In this document: positions 40,453 to 51,744 of the stretch, one piece after another
How the letters are laid out: the number at the start of each line of letters is the position of its first letter
Numbering within the stretch: position 1 is the stretch's first letter
Assembly: GCA_963809485.1 (NCBI GenBank)
Contig: CAWEJX010000007.1
Coordinates: forward strand, 608,001 to 672,000
Source of the DNA: an uncultured Acidobacteriota bacterium
GTDB taxonomy: Bacteria; Acidobacteriota; UBA6911
Reading direction: 5' to 3'
Length of the DNA: 64,000 bases
The notes under the pieces: model-generated
Database searches by the model: none
What the model saw: only the letters and a program-made list of their open reading frames with translations
Told to the model about the DNA's origin: nothing
Translations under genes and position numbers: made by a program

Positions 40453-42927
40453 TCAGATCTTGCCGAGGGCTTTTAGCGCCCGTTGCGGTGTCAGCGGATA
40501 GTCGAGAGCCCATTTGCCGGTGGCGTTGAAGAATGCCCCGGCGGTAATTCCCGACATGGACGCGCCGGAAGCTTCGCCGACGCCGCAGGCGCCGTACGAC
40601 GAGTAGCCCATGTGGCTCTCATTGAGGATGCACTTTACCTCGGGGTAGTCGTTCATCGTGCCGATGTGGTAGCCGATGTTGTCGAAGTTCAGGCCGACGC
40701 CGGTGCGCGGGCAGTAGACCTTTTCTTCGGTTGCGCTTCTCCCCAGGCCCATGATCGCGCCGCCATATTGCTGCGCCTCCGCGCCGCGGCGGCTGAAAAG
40801 ATGTCCCACATCATTGACGCAAACCACGTTGGTAACGATAATTTCGCCGGTCTCGGTATCCACTTCCACCTCGATGAAATGCGCCTGGCGGCTCATGATG
40901 TACATCGCCGGATGCGGTTTCCCGTCTAAGGTCAAGCTTGTTATGGCCGGCGCAATCGGGTGGGTAATGGCCGGATCCTCTCCCCAGAAAGCATTCGCAA
41001 CTTCTTTGACGCTTTTTCTGTTGCCGGGATTTGCTTTTTCGAAAATGTAGCTATCCCTGATATCCAGCTCTTCAACCGTTTTCCCGGGAAACATCGGTTG
41101 AGGCGTGGCCTTCATCGGCATCATCATCCCCCCCGGACGCGACCGCACGGCGAAGCTGAGGATTTTCTTCTTCATCTCTCTCGCAGCCAGTACGAGCTGC
41201 GGCGTGGAATTTCCGATCCCCATAGCTCCACCGGGGACCCAGAACTGATAAGCGTGCGCGTCGGATCGCTGCACATGTATCACCGTGTCCTCGTATCGCA
41301 CTCCCGCTTCCGATGCCACGCATTTCCGGAATGATGATTCCGTATCCATCCCGAAATCCGCCCGTTCTCCAATAATGTGGATCTTTCCTTCGCGCAGAAT
41401 CAGGCAGCCGAAATGCCGTCCCGCCATCCAGCTCCACTCGTTAATGTGGACGAAACCCAGTCCGTGCATTCTCCCGTTCGGCAGTCTCACGGCTCCCGGG
41501 GCATGCCGTTTCCTGTCCCAGTCGATTGCCTTTTTCCCAAGCTCAATAACTTCCTTCAGACTTTGCCGCTGAGGGAAGCTGTTTTCCTTCTGGTAATTTG
41601 TGACCCAATCCCAGTCGTGTCCCTGGCAACCGTCATTTTTGAGGGCAACTTCTGTCGGGTCGAGGCCGAATTCTGCAGCGACTTTGTCGAACATTACGTT
41701 GTGTGGTACGCAGCAGTGGGCGCCGTGTCTGAAGCAGATGTGATGGCCTGTGTTGATAAGAGCCCATTCCTGCGTGTTCCGCAGGCTGGGAATGGCGGTG
41801 GACTCGTGGGTTTTGTCAATGTGCAGCTCCCCGAAAGGTCCGATGACGTGCCAGTCGCAAGCCGTAATCGTCCCGTCCTTTTTTGCGCCGACCTTGCATC
41901 TGTAGACAGCCGTGTCGTCGCCATTCGCATAAAAATTGCTCTCGTCATACAGCACCTTCACCGGACGGTTCTTGGCTCTTTTGGCCAAGATTGCCGCCAT
42001 GCGTATGAAAGCCACGGAATAGGCGAGCCACGCGAGGCCGCCGTACCACGCGCCCTGGTACGGAGTGTTCACGGTAATCTTGTTGTAATCGCAGATGGCG
42101 GGAATCGGATCTGTCCGGTCCTTGGGCGGAGATTTAACTTCGAGAGAAGAGGGGCTGTATCCAAGTGCGGTATTGGCCAAAGAGAATGAGGGCGAAACGG
42201 CACTGGCCAGAATGGGCTGCATGTGGGCCGTGTGGTGCGGCCATATATCGAGGCAATCATCTCTCCACTGGACGACGCAGGCCATAGCTTCGACGCCCGC
42301 GACAGTATTGGTCGCCCTCGTCAGCGCGTATTCGATAACCTTGTCCGCTTCTGCAAAGCCCTTCTGGATATCGCCGATCTCGGTCGTCTTCGTCACAAGG
42401 GTGTTGGGCGGCTTCGCTTTGGGATTATTGCGCAGCACTTCGGGCATTATCTTTGGAGCGTCCGGTTTCATCGATTCTTCCATGTCCAGGATGAACGGCT
42501 GCTCTTCCCATTGAATCTCAATCAGCCGGAGCGCGCGGTCGCAAATTTCTTCGCTTTCTGCCACTACGACGACGCCCATCGGGTGCTGATAAAAGTCGCT
42601 GGTGCGGGGAAGCGTGAGGATGTTGTACTGACTGGAACAATATCCACCGGTGCAATTTTCCAGCGCGATGTCCGGATCGTCGAATCTCAATATATCGCGG
42701 ACTCCCGCGAGCGCTTCGGCTTTGCGGGTGTCCATGCTCACGATTCTGGCGTGCGCGTATGGCGAAGTAAGAATCTTGGCATACAGCATGCCGGGAAAGT
42801 TCAAATCCCTTGTATAAAGCCCTTGGCCCGACAATTTATCGTGCGCGTCATGCCGCGGGGTGCTGTATTCAACCGGCGTGAAACCTTCGGGAATTTTCCA
42901 TGTCCAGGGCCTATATTCTTCCGGCAT
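40453..42927 (-). CDS. Xanthine dehydrogenase-family molybdopterin-binding subunit
   Basis: GMLYAKILTSPYAHARI, EVEVDTETGE, QQYGGAIMGLG, GVGE; AAGGAGG SD. Confidence 0.92.
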   Translation of the reverse strand: MPEEYRPWTWKIPEGFTPVEYSTPRHDAHDKLSGQGLYTRDLNFPGMLYAKILTSPYAHARIVSMDTRKAEALAGVRDILRFDDPDIALENCTGGYCSSQYNILTLPRTSDFYQHPMGVVVVAESEEICDRALRLIEIQWEEQPFILDMEESMKPDAPKIMPEVLRNNPKAKPPNTLVTKTTEIGDIQKGFAEADKVIEYALTRATNTVAGVEAMACVVQWRDDCLDIWPHHTAHMQPILASAVSPSFSLANTALGYSPSSLEVKSPPKDRTDPIPAICDYNKITVNTPYQGAWYGGLAWLAYSVAFIRMAAILAKRAKNRPVKVLYDESNFYANGDDTAVYRCKVGAKKDGTITACDWHVIGPFGELHIDKTHESTAIPSLRNTQEWALINTGHHICFRHGAHCCVPHNVMFDKVAAEFGLDPTEVALKNDGCQGHDWDWVTNYQKENSFPQRQSLKEVIELGKKAIDWDRKRHAPGAVRLPNGRMHGLGFVHINEWSWMAGRHFGCLILREGKIHIIGERADFGMDTESSFRKCVASEAGVRYEDTVIHVQRSDAHAYQFWVPGGAMGIGNSTPQLVLAAREMKKKILSFAVRSRPGGMMMPMKATPQPMFPGKTVEELDIRDSYIFEKANPGNRKSVKEVANAFWGEDPAITHPIAPAITSLTLDGKPHPAMYIMSRQAHFIEVEVDTETGEIIVTNVVCVNDVGHLFSRRGAEAQQYGGAIMGLGRSATEEKVYCPRTGVGLNFDNIGYHIGTMNDYPEVKCILNESHMGYSSYGACGVGEASGASMSGITAGAFFNATGKWALDYPLTPQRALKALGKI

Positions 42928-43177
42928 CTGAGTCCTCCTTCTCCAACAATAGCAACAACTATAACTCATCGGGGTCGGAATCGGGGTCGAAATTAATCCA
43001 GAAAAAGCCGACCCTGATTCCGAATCATAATCGTTTTATCTTTCCCCAATGCGTTGAGTCAAACGCGGCCAGATGCCGAGGCTGCCTTATGGACAAAACA
43101 GCCGCGAATTTCGCCTGTTCTGATGCCAATATTGGTGAAATTCGTGGCTGTTTTGGGGAAATGCGAAGGAGAGAAAA

Positions 43178-43275
43178 ATGAGCTTTAAGGAATATGTTGA
43201 TTTTGCCAATGTGAACAAGACCTGTTACCTGCCGACCGTCGAGGGGGATCAGCCGAGAGTGCTTTTGCATGTCTG
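43178..43275 (+). pseudogene. Pyridoxamine 5'-phosphate oxidase-like N-terminal fragment
   Basis: AAGGAG SD; CYLPTVEGDQPRV then breaks off. Confidence 0.6.
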
Positions 43276-43339
43276 GCGCGCCGGTGACAATAAGGGCCGG
43301 CATTGCGCTCAAGTGCCTTTTCAACGCGTTCATCATGTG

Positions 43340-43572
43340 GCGTGGATTCGGCTGGGGATCGGTTGCCGAAATGTCGAAGAAGTACCCAGAGGCGGGGGCG
43401 CTGCAGCAAGTGACAGAAGTAGGAGCGCTCACGTCGCCGGCGTTTGTATTAACCATCAAGAATCCGGATCGTTTCCAGAAGAACCGCGATGTGGGTCCTT
43501 ACTTGGGGCTGGCGCCGAAGCAGGATGAATCGGGGGAGAGCTCGCCGCAATTGAGAATCACCGAGACAGGAG
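43340..43572 (+). mobile_element. IS110-family transposase internal fragment
   Basis: VGALTS..FVLTI..PDRF..RDVGPYLGLAPKQDESG..QLRITETG. Confidence 0.8.
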
Positions 43573-43723
43573 TTCTGAATTTCGGAGCAAAGGCTTTTTT
43601 TAACCGCCGATTAGCTGTAGATTAGGCGGTATAAATGGTTCGTGTTTGCCACGGTGTGGCGGGATGTCAAGCCGGACAAGGCCCGGCCCAACCTTTCTGC
43701 ATGAAAAAGGGAGGAGAATAGAG

Positions 43724-45739
43724 ATGGCTAACGGGTACGCAGGAAGGATACTGAGCGTCAATCTGACGACCAAGGAAACCGGCACCATCGACACCGCCAA
43801 GTACGAGGAATTTGGGGGCGGCTACGGAATGGGAACGGCCCTCTTCTGGGATCTGGCGGTAGCTCCGGGTACATGGGATTTGAAGGATGCTTACGATCCC
43901 CGGAATGTCCTTTCTTTTATGGCCGGTCCTTTGGCTGCCACGGGCGTTCCGGGCGCGGGAAGAACAAGCATTTGCGGGCTGTCTCCGGAGACGTTTCCAA
44001 CCTGCGAATTCTGGCGGGGCAATTTCGGCGGCCAGTTTGGAACCATGATGAAACTTGCGGGTTGGGACGGAGTTGTGGTGGAAGGCAAGGCCGAAAAGCC
44101 GGTGTGGATCAACATCATTAACGACCAGGTCAAGATTGAAGATGCCAAAGAGCTTTGGGGCCTGGATACCTGGGAGACGCAGAACCGAATTACGTCGATG
44201 GTGGGCGGGAAAACCCGTTTTGGCGAAGAATGGCAACAGATCGGGGAATCCTATACCACCGCCCGACCGCAGATCGTCTGCATCGGTCCGGTGGGCGAGG
44301 CCAGGTCAAGACTCGCCGCCCTGATTTCCGGCAGCGGGATCAATGCGCGGATCGGCGGCTACGGTGCGGTTTTCGGGGCCAAGTATTTGAAAGCTGTCAG
44401 CGTAGTCGGAACCGGCGGCGTGCAGATGTCGGACCCCGCGGGTGTCCTGGAAGCCAGACTCCGCCAGATGCAGTCAGGGAGAGTTTTTCCGCGCCGGACC
44501 GGGGCGGCGTCCTGTTCTCCCTGCCTGAACGGAGATCGGCGTAGAAGCAATTATTACGGCGGCGAAACCATGTGCGCCTGTCAGGGCTGGCTCGGTGGCG
44601 GTAAGAGCCCGACGGATCAGGACCGGGCTTCCGAAGCGTTGATAAAATACGGCCTCAGCAGTTGGTCGGCCCATTGGAGCAGGGACACTTATGAGTATGC
44701 CGGCGCGCCGGAGTTTTTCCATGGGAAAGTGCCGTCAGACTGCGGCCTTGGCGATTATCTTCGGTACCTCTACGAGCAGGGGCTGCTAGGCCCGGGAAAG
44801 CAGATCGATTCGGCGCCGTTGCCCATGGATCAATTTGACGGGCTTGGTTTTCGCCTGGCTTTCCTGGACGCGATTTCCCGGCGCGTTGGGATTGGCGATG
44901 CCCTGGCCGAGGGCTGCTGCCGGGCCGCTCAGAAATGGGGACGGCTGGAAACCGACAGGGATAGCGGCGCCCTGCGCCTTCCCGCCTGGGGAGCTACAAG
45001 CCACTGGCATATGCCCTGTGTGGAATGGGCCTATGCGTACATGCTCGGAGCGGGCGATCCTGCCTGGCATGGATTCATGGCTGCTACCGGCCCTTCCCGC
45101 GACGGTACCCCCTTGGAAAAATCTCTGGAGAATTTATCGAGGAAGACCATCCCGTATACGGACGACATCTTCATGTTCAATTATGCATGGAAGGGCGAAG
45201 AGGCCTGGAAGACCGGCATCTATTCCCCGCATAAAGCCAAGCAAGTGGCCTGGAGCCGTCACTATTCTTCATTCTGGCATGAGTCCATGGCCTTTTGCGA
45301 GATGCTCCATGGCGGAATAGGCAACAATAGTCCGGAGATGGAAATCAGTTACTTCAAAGCCGTTACCGGGAAAAAGGACTCCTTTGCCGATACGATGCGA
45401 ATCGGTCAAAAAATCTGGACCCTGGAGCGCGCCATCCGCGTTATGCACGGGAGAAGCCGGCAAACGGAAGACTTCTTTCCGTTCATGTACAAGCCGGGAG
45501 CATCGGGCAAGGCTAAGTACGGCGGAGTGCCTATCTACGAGAACGGCAAATGGCGCTACGATGCAGCCCCGGATATGTACCTCGACCGGAAGGGTGTGGA
45601 CGATTTCAAAAGCCACTTCTATGACCTGGAAGGCTGGGACAAAGAACACGGCTGGCCAACCCGAAAAACATTGGAAGACTTTGGCCTGAAGAGAGTCGCC
45701 GATACGATGGCGGCCAAGGGAAGGCTGGGAGCTTCCTAA
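43724..45739 (+). CDS. Aldehyde:ferredoxin oxidoreductase family (tungsten-type)
   Basis: GYAGRILSVNL, AGWDGVVVEG, CIGPVGE, GAVFGAKYLKA, GWD..GWPTRKTLEDFGL. Confidence 0.92.
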   Translation: MANGYAGRILSVNLTTKETGTIDTAKYEEFGGGYGMGTALFWDLAVAPGTWDLKDAYDPRNVLSFMAGPLAATGVPGAGRTSICGLSPETFPTCEFWRGNFGGQFGTMMKLAGWDGVVVEGKAEKPVWINIINDQVKIEDAKELWGLDTWETQNRITSMVGGKTRFGEEWQQIGESYTTARPQIVCIGPVGEARSRLAALISGSGINARIGGYGAVFGAKYLKAVSVVGTGGVQMSDPAGVLEARLRQMQSGRVFPRRTGAASCSPCLNGDRRRSNYYGGETMCACQGWLGGGKSPTDQDRASEALIKYGLSSWSAHWSRDTYEYAGAPEFFHGKVPSDCGLGDYLRYLYEQGLLGPGKQIDSAPLPMDQFDGLGFRLAFLDAISRRVGIGDALAEGCCRAAQKWGRLETDRDSGALRLPAWGATSHWHMPCVEWAYAYMLGAGDPAWHGFMAATGPSRDGTPLEKSLENLSRKTIPYTDDIFMFNYAWKGEEAWKTGIYSPHKAKQVAWSRHYSSFWHESMAFCEMLHGGIGNNSPEMEISYFKAVTGKKDSFADTMRIGQKIWTLERAIRVMHGRSRQTEDFFPFMYKPGASGKAKYGGVPIYENGKWRYDAAPDMYLDRKGVDDFKSHFYDLEGWDKEHGWPTRKTLEDFGLKRVADTMAAKGRLGAS

Positions 45740-46232
45740 AGCGGCAATTTGGCGCCCAAAGCCCACAACGCGGTCAGACGGCCCTTCCCCCGCCAGCGGC
45801 AGCGGGGATCCGTCAATCTGAGGGACGGTCCGCCGACGCCAAAGTATTGGCCCAATGTGGATCCGGAACAATATCCACTCCCCGGCCAGATCATAGTTCC
45901 TCCACCGTCATTCAGCGGCAATTCCGGGCGGCCGGTTTTTATGCCGAACGGCAGTGTTAAAAGCATGGCCTGAAAAAGCCAAAAACAGACCGCTTCGGGC
46001 AGAAAGAAGGGACGCGCGGGATGAGCGTTTTTCTTGGATGTCCCAAAAGAATGGAGCGAAATTTTCACAGGATTGGATCGATTGAGAAAGGCTGTGAAAC
46101 GATCGAAGCATTGAGGAACGCGTCACTGAATATTGGGAATCCTGCTTCCAGTAATTGCAGCATATGCCGTAAAGAGCTTTTGGTATTCAATATTCTCTGC
46201 AAACCATTTGTTTCAAACCTGAAGGAGGTTAT

Positions 46233-46802
46233 ATGAAAACCAAACCATCGCGCAGGACGTTTTTGCAGGCAGGACTGATTCTGCCCTCAGTCGGAATAGT
46301 TATTCCTCCCCTAAACCTGGAAGCGGCCTTTCAGGCGCCCGATGCAAAGACACCCCCCAAACAGCAGCAGCCCGCAGGCTACACAGACAGCGGCAAGTAT
46401 GGGAAATATGTAATAAAGGAGCCTTATGTGAAGCATCATCAGCTGGAAGATATTACCGTAGGTTCGCAGCAGCTTATGGCGGACTGCATTATGACGCACC
46501 AGGTGTTTTTTAAACAGGAAATGATTGTTGGAGTGCCTATGGCGCACGATTTTGTGCAGATCATCGGTTTCATTGGAACAAATCCGATGAATTGCCGGGA
46601 GTTTGATGCAGAAATCGAATTTTGCCTGGGCGAGGAATTGGAAAAACACACCATAAACGTGCCCACCGTGGTGTCTATCGCAAAGGATTTATTCCACGGT
46701 CCAATCGAGATTAAGAAAATCAACAAGCCCTTCATCTTTCTCGAGATTATGCTGACGTCCAGCTACGGCAAGCCGAAAATGCTGCCCAAGCCTTCTGCCT
46801 AA
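46233..46802 (+). CDS. Tat-signal cupin-fold protein (paralog 3)
   Basis: SRRTFLQ; AHDFVQ..GTNP..EIEFCLGEELEKH..FHGP. Confidence 0.8.
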   Translation: MKTKPSRRTFLQAGLILPSVGIVIPPLNLEAAFQAPDAKTPPKQQQPAGYTDSGKYGKYVIKEPYVKHHQLEDITVGSQQLMADCIMTHQVFFKQEMIVGVPMAHDFVQIIGFIGTNPMNCREFDAEIEFCLGEELEKHTINVPTVVSIAKDLFHGPIEIKKINKPFIFLEIMLTSSYGKPKMLPKPSA

Positions 46803-47483
46803 GACAAAGACCGGACGCCTGAAGATTTGGTATCATCCTGAGCCCGTGTCGCTGTTAGCGCCGTCTCTGGAAGAGGCTCATGGATAGTGGGGAATTTGCG
46901 TCCTTTTTATTGCTGATTGGGCGGGCGCAAATGCAAACACCTTAGGGCAAGGACTGCGCTCATAGGCCCGCCCACGGCATACGGAAAGGACGCGGAGCCC
47001 TCCGGCAAGTTTGTGGTCCGGGAGGACGGCAGGTTCCACAGCTGCATCGAAAATCTACAGCCCTGGAACCATCAGGGAAGAAATCATCTTCCATGCTGTC
47101 GGCGCCCATGTCCCGTATCCGCTTCTGACAGCTGCAGGAAAACCCGAAAGAAATACCGGAGCCCTGCAAGAAGGGAATCCGTGGATTACGAAGCCGGCTT
47201 CATTTTCAGGGAACCGAGGCCGCGGTTTAGCCAGGCCCGCGATACTCGCCAGTCCGGGCGGCGCCTTTTCCCGAATGATTTTTAGCGTATGCCTGTTTTT
47301 ATGTGGAGCCGATACTCCATCCAGCCCCCACATAAAACAGGCTCGGATGAGCAGTTTGGCCCCTATGCTTCCCCTGTCACAGCACTTGTTCGAAGTGCGG
47401 CCAAATCACAAATCATAAATGAGCTTACATCCGATCTGTGATACGATCCCTGCGTTATGAAGAATCGAAAATTGGAGGAGTGC

Positions 47484-48344
47484 ATGAAGTGCTTACTGAA
47501 TGGGATCGCGTTATTGTTTCTCGTTAGCCCCAGTCTGATTGCGGCTCCGGCCTGTGACCGCCAGTGCCTTGCCGGGTTTGTGACCCAGTATTTGGATGCC
47601 ATGGTAGCGCGCAAGCCGGGAAGCCTGCCGGTCGCTGCAAACCTGAAGTACACGGAAGACTGCAAGCAGATCAAGCCGGGCGAAGGAGAATGGACCAAAA
47701 TCTCCGGGCTGACTGCATACCGGAGAGACATCCTGGATGTTCGTGAGGGAGTCGCTGTCTCCTTTCTCGTGATCGAAGAAGACAAGTCTCCCGTGTTGTA
47801 TGCGCTGCGGCTCAAAATCGCGGACAAAAAGATAACCGAAATCGAGTCGATGGCGGTTCATGGTCAGAAGGAGGGGATGATCCTCGACACATCCAATCTT
47901 CAAACCGTCAGCAAAATGATGGTGTCGTTTCCGGATAAAACACAGCTGGGTACGCGGGAAGAGATGATCAAGGCGGCCTTGACCTACCCGGCGGGCCTGA
48001 AAATCGGCAGCTTTGTTAAAGTCGACTCGCCGATGGCGACCGATGCCTACCGCTTCGAGAACGGGAAGCTGATGGCCGGCCCCGGATGCACATTTTTCCC
48101 GACCTGCGATGTTATGAAGACTCAGAAAATCCCCGTTTTATCCGGGATCACGCAGCGGGTTATCGCCGTGGATGAAGAGCTTGGAGTTGTAGCTCTGAGG
48201 ATGAACTTTGGCCCGGGTTCTCTTTTTAGCGGAAAGGGCGAGTTGGATGTCTGGCATTCGTTCAAGATCACCGGCGGCCTGATTCGCGCGGCGGAAGCCT
48301 TCTGCAAACAGATGCCTCCCGCCACGAAATCCGGCTGGGAATAA
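47484..48344 (+). CDS. Secreted CDRxCL-family hypothetical protein
   Basis: Signal peptide, CDRQCL, RFENG, AVDEELG; paralog of 57006-57980. Confidence 0.75.
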   Translation: MKCLLNGIALLFLVSPSLIAAPACDRQCLAGFVTQYLDAMVARKPGSLPVAANLKYTEDCKQIKPGEGEWTKISGLTAYRRDILDVREGVAVSFLVIEEDKSPVLYALRLKIADKKITEIESMAVHGQKEGMILDTSNLQTVSKMMVSFPDKTQLGTREEMIKAALTYPAGLKIGSFVKVDSPMATDAYRFENGKLMAGPGCTFFPTCDVMKTQKIPVLSGITQRVIAVDEELGVVALRMNFGPGSLFSGKGELDVWHSFKITGGLIRAAEAFCKQMPPATKSGWE

Positions 48345-48516
48345 AAAACGAACCGCAGAACTTCGAATGGCGGATATAGAACCCGAAATTGGAAATTCTG
48401 CGGTTTGCTTTTTCCAGCAAGGGCGGGGTCGGACCGGAAGAAGCTGAAGAAATACAAGGGCATCCGCTGAAAAGCCGCCCAATTTTTGCCCGCGCATTTT
48501 TCAGCAAAAATCCTGA

Positions 48517-49128
48517 TCAAAACCGTTCAAGACGGTCCTGTGCTGTTTGGCATGGGACCAGGCCGTGCGACGCCGATTGATTCGACCTGCAGAATCCGCA
48601 TTTTCGATTATCCCCAGTATTCTCTCCTAGAACATGCCGTTCGGGTTTGACCGCCTTCACCGGGACGTCCTGAATCGCATCCCAGTGTTCCACGACTTTG
48701 CCGTGTTCATCAAACCGGAAACAGTCGAAAATCGCGCGGCCCGGGGTGTTGGGTGTCCGGATGGAATGCACATGAATAATCACGTAATTTCCATCAGCAA
48801 AAACGCGTTTCACTTCACTGTGCGCCTGGGGAAAGTCCCTTTTCAGCATGGCAAGAAACTCCCTGAAGCCTTCCTTACCGTCTCCTACCAGCGGATTATG
48901 CTGTTTATAATCGGCGCCGAGGTATTTGGATGCTGCTTCGTAGTCCTTTTTATTGATTGCAAAATCGTAGAACTCAAGCGCCGCTTTCTTGTTCCTCTCC
49001 ATGACGTCTCTTGAAACCGGCGCCGGTGAGAATGGGGCATTTTTTGCCTGAGGAGGCGCCGCGCCTGAAACTCCCAGAACCACAGGAATCAACACAACCG
49101 AAAGCAAAAAATATTTCAACATTTTCAA
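48517..49128 (-). CDS. Secreted SnoaL-like protein (C-terminus possibly frameshifted)
   Basis: YKQHNP, DGNYVIIH, FRFDEHGKVVEHWD; AGGAGG SD before TTG. Confidence 0.8.
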   Translation of the reverse strand: MKMLKYFLLSVVLIPVVLGVSGAAPPQAKNAPFSPAPVSRDVMERNKKAALEFYDFAINKKDYEAASKYLGADYKQHNPLVGDGKEGFREFLAMLKRDFPQAHSEVKRVFADGNYVIIHVHSIRTPNTPGRAIFDCFRFDEHGKVVEHWDAIQDVPVKAVKPERHVLGENTGDNRKCGFCRSNQSASHGLVPCQTAQDRLERF

Positions 49129-49758
49129 CCTCCTGATAGTGGGTTACACGGAAATGCAGCCGATGCTACTGCGCATCAGGCTAAAACCCCGCTTTATGGT
49201 AACTTTCCCGAATCGTCATCAAACCTTCGAAAGCGATTATGCTACAAGCTGAAAATGACGGCCATGGATTTTCCGCATCGCTTTCTTCTCTTACTTGATC
49301 AGGTATGCGTCGTAGAGTACTGCATGCACAGCCGCATGCCGGCGCCGATTCCTATGGCACGATTCAGCCTGCACCATAGGTGTATTTATGATCTCTATCT
49401 AAAACCTACAACCTATTGTAAAATCAAGCCGTTACAAACAAATCGGCAAGGGCGGATGCCCGAAAGCTACATAATACCTCTGAGCAGAAACAGTGTAGAA
49501 GGCATCCGGGAAGCGGAATAGACGCCTGCCAGGCAAAGCGGCAGCTTGAACTTCCTGGCGCGGCCCGAGGCCGCAAGCAAAATATCCGACATTGGCGATG
49601 GCCGCCGGCAACGCCAAACGATCGGCAGCGTTTTTTGTTTGCACAAGGACGGCATTCCGCTATAAAATCCGGATTCTGATCTCGACGGCTGGACAGGGTT
49701 TGCTGGTTTCAAGGCAGCGTCCTGTTCTCAAGTCCTAATTCCTAACCTTTGAGGGAAA

Positions 49759-51339
49759 ATGATGTTTGATGAAAAAGCGAAAAAGCAGGTTAGCCGGCGC
49801 AGATTCCTGAAAGGAGCTGCCGTTGCCGCTCCGGGCGTGGCCGCCGCAAGCGTTCTGAATGCGCTGCCGCAGGCATCTGCCGCAATTCCAAAGAAGTGGG
49901 ACAAAGAAACAGACGTGGTCGTCATCGGTACAGGATTTGGCGGTCTATCGGCCGCTATTACCGTGAAAGACGCGGGAGCGAAAGTTTTGATCCTGGAGAA
50001 AATGGAACAGAAATATGAGGGCGGCAACAGCAAAGTATCAGGGAACATGTGGTGGACGCCGACCAATCTGCCGGAGGCGCTCACCTATATGGAAGCGCTC
50101 AACTATGGCCTCACAGACAAAGAAAGCGCGCAAGCCCTTGCCGAAGAAATGATGAAGCTGAACGATTGGCTTGCGAAGCTGGGAATCAATCCCAAACCGC
50201 TCGGGATGTTCCAGCCGGAGCATCCCGAGCTTCCGGGTTCGAGCTGCGTGCGCACATGGAACAACGGTGGAGTCGTGGGTGAGGGCAAGCTATGGATTCC
50301 TATCCGCGAACAGGTCGAGAAACGCGGGATCGAGATACTCTATGAAACGCCGGCAAAGGATTTGGTCCAGTCGCCGACAACGCGCGAGATCATCGGCGTT
50401 ATGGCAACCAGCAAAGGCAAACCAATCTCGGTTAAGGCGCGAAAAGGAGTTATCCTGGCCTGCGGCGGCTTTGAGTTCGATTTCGAGATGCAGAAGCAGT
50501 TTCTTCCCGGCTGGCCCACGTACGGCATGGGAACTCCCGGCAACACCGGAGATGGGATCCGAATGGCTCAAAAAGCGGGGGCAGCCCTTTGGCACATGAA
50601 TAATTCGCTTGCAGGGATAGGCTGCCTGATGGTGCCTGAGTATGCCCCTTTGATGATCTCAGCCGCATTGCCCACCCGCGCATATTTATATGTGGACAAA
50701 ACCGGCAAACGCTTCATGAACGAGTTGCGGACAAGCCGCCACGGATTTGGACACAAAGAAAATCTGCTGTATTTCGATGGAATCGTTGGGGATTTCACAC
50801 GGATTCCCACTTACGCCATATTCGACGAAACCACGCGAACCAAGGGCCCGATTATATCCACCTCCAAATGGAAATTCGGCTGGGCCGGCTGGCATATCCG
50901 CTACCAGTCAAGCAGTGACAACTCCAAAGAGATTGAGAAAGGGTGGATCGTGAAGGGAGACACTCTCGCTGATCTCGCAGGCAAACTTGGAATCAAGCCG
51001 GCCGACCTGGAAGAGACGGTGGCCAGGTACAACGGATATTGCAAAAACCAGGTCGACACCGAATTTGGGAGGCCCAAAGCAAGCCTGGTGGCGCTTGAAA
51101 AACCGCCATTCTATTGCATCAAACTCTACCCGTCCACGTTCAATACCCAGGGCGGACCCCGGCGGAACGGCAAATGCCAGGTGGTGGACCCCGATAACCA
51201 GCCGGTCCCGAGATTGTATAGCGCGGGCGAGCTGGGTTCCTTCTGGGGTTGGATGTATAACGGCGGCGGAAACAACGCGGAGGCCCTTTGCACAGGCCAA
51301 ATTGCAGGAAGGAATGTGGTCGCGGCCAAGCCCCGGTAA
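49759..51339 (+). CDS. Tat-exported flavoprotein (fumarate reductase/3-ketosteroid dehydrogenase family)
   Basis: SRRRFLK, DVVVIGTGFGG, ILACGGF, NTGDG, RFMNE, TQGG, LYSAGE. Confidence 0.92.
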   Translation: MMFDEKAKKQVSRRRFLKGAAVAAPGVAAASVLNALPQASAAIPKKWDKETDVVVIGTGFGGLSAAITVKDAGAKVLILEKMEQKYEGGNSKVSGNMWWTPTNLPEALTYMEALNYGLTDKESAQALAEEMMKLNDWLAKLGINPKPLGMFQPEHPELPGSSCVRTWNNGGVVGEGKLWIPIREQVEKRGIEILYETPAKDLVQSPTTREIIGVMATSKGKPISVKARKGVILACGGFEFDFEMQKQFLPGWPTYGMGTPGNTGDGIRMAQKAGAALWHMNNSLAGIGCLMVPEYAPLMISAALPTRAYLYVDKTGKRFMNELRTSRHGFGHKENLLYFDGIVGDFTRIPTYAIFDETTRTKGPIISTSKWKFGWAGWHIRYQSSSDNSKEIEKGWIVKGDTLADLAGKLGIKPADLEETVARYNGYCKNQVDTEFGRPKASLVALEKPPFYCIKLYPSTFNTQGGPRRNGKCQVVDPDNQPVPRLYSAGELGSFWGWMYNGGGNNAEALCTGQIAGRNVVAAKPR

Positions 51340-51727
51340 ACTCCCGGCTCTGCCGGGGGACTCAAAGAGTTTGACAGCTCCGTATTTTGAAACGCTGAGG
51401 TACGCTGATAAAAGCGCTGACAAACGCCGATTTGTTCGGCGAGGGTCGGCGAGCAAAAGCCGATGAGGCGCTTCCGATGGAGTTTTCTGCGGCGGCACTG
51501 TGGCAAACGCCCGGTTTCTCATACCCTTCGTCTGCTTGCCGCACGGCGCTTGCCACAGTGCCGCCGCAGAAAACTGCCCAGCGCGGAGCGCTGGCCCCTG
51601 CGGGAATCGGAAGCGCCTCATCGGTTTTTGCCCGCGTAAGTCAGCGTTCAAGACCGGCGTAACTCTTCCAACCGCTTTGAGCGGTACAAATCTTTCAAGC
51701 CTCGGGCTTTGCCGGAGGTACCTGACT
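51335..51727 (+). mobile_element. Non-autonomous IS200/IS605-type palindromic element, long form
   Basis: End hairpins cccggctctgccggggg and ggctttgccggaggtacctgact; nested inverted repeats; no transposase. Confidence 0.8.
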
Positions 51728-51744
51728 TCCGCCAAGACTCCGAA

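Noticed and set aside
43340-43640. Intact IS110 bridge-RNA system
   Set aside because: Only a short degenerate internal fragment; no DEDD domain or element ends
46860-47420. Short overlapping ORFs in an intergenic stretch
   Set aside because: No recognisable motifs or SD; probably decayed sequence
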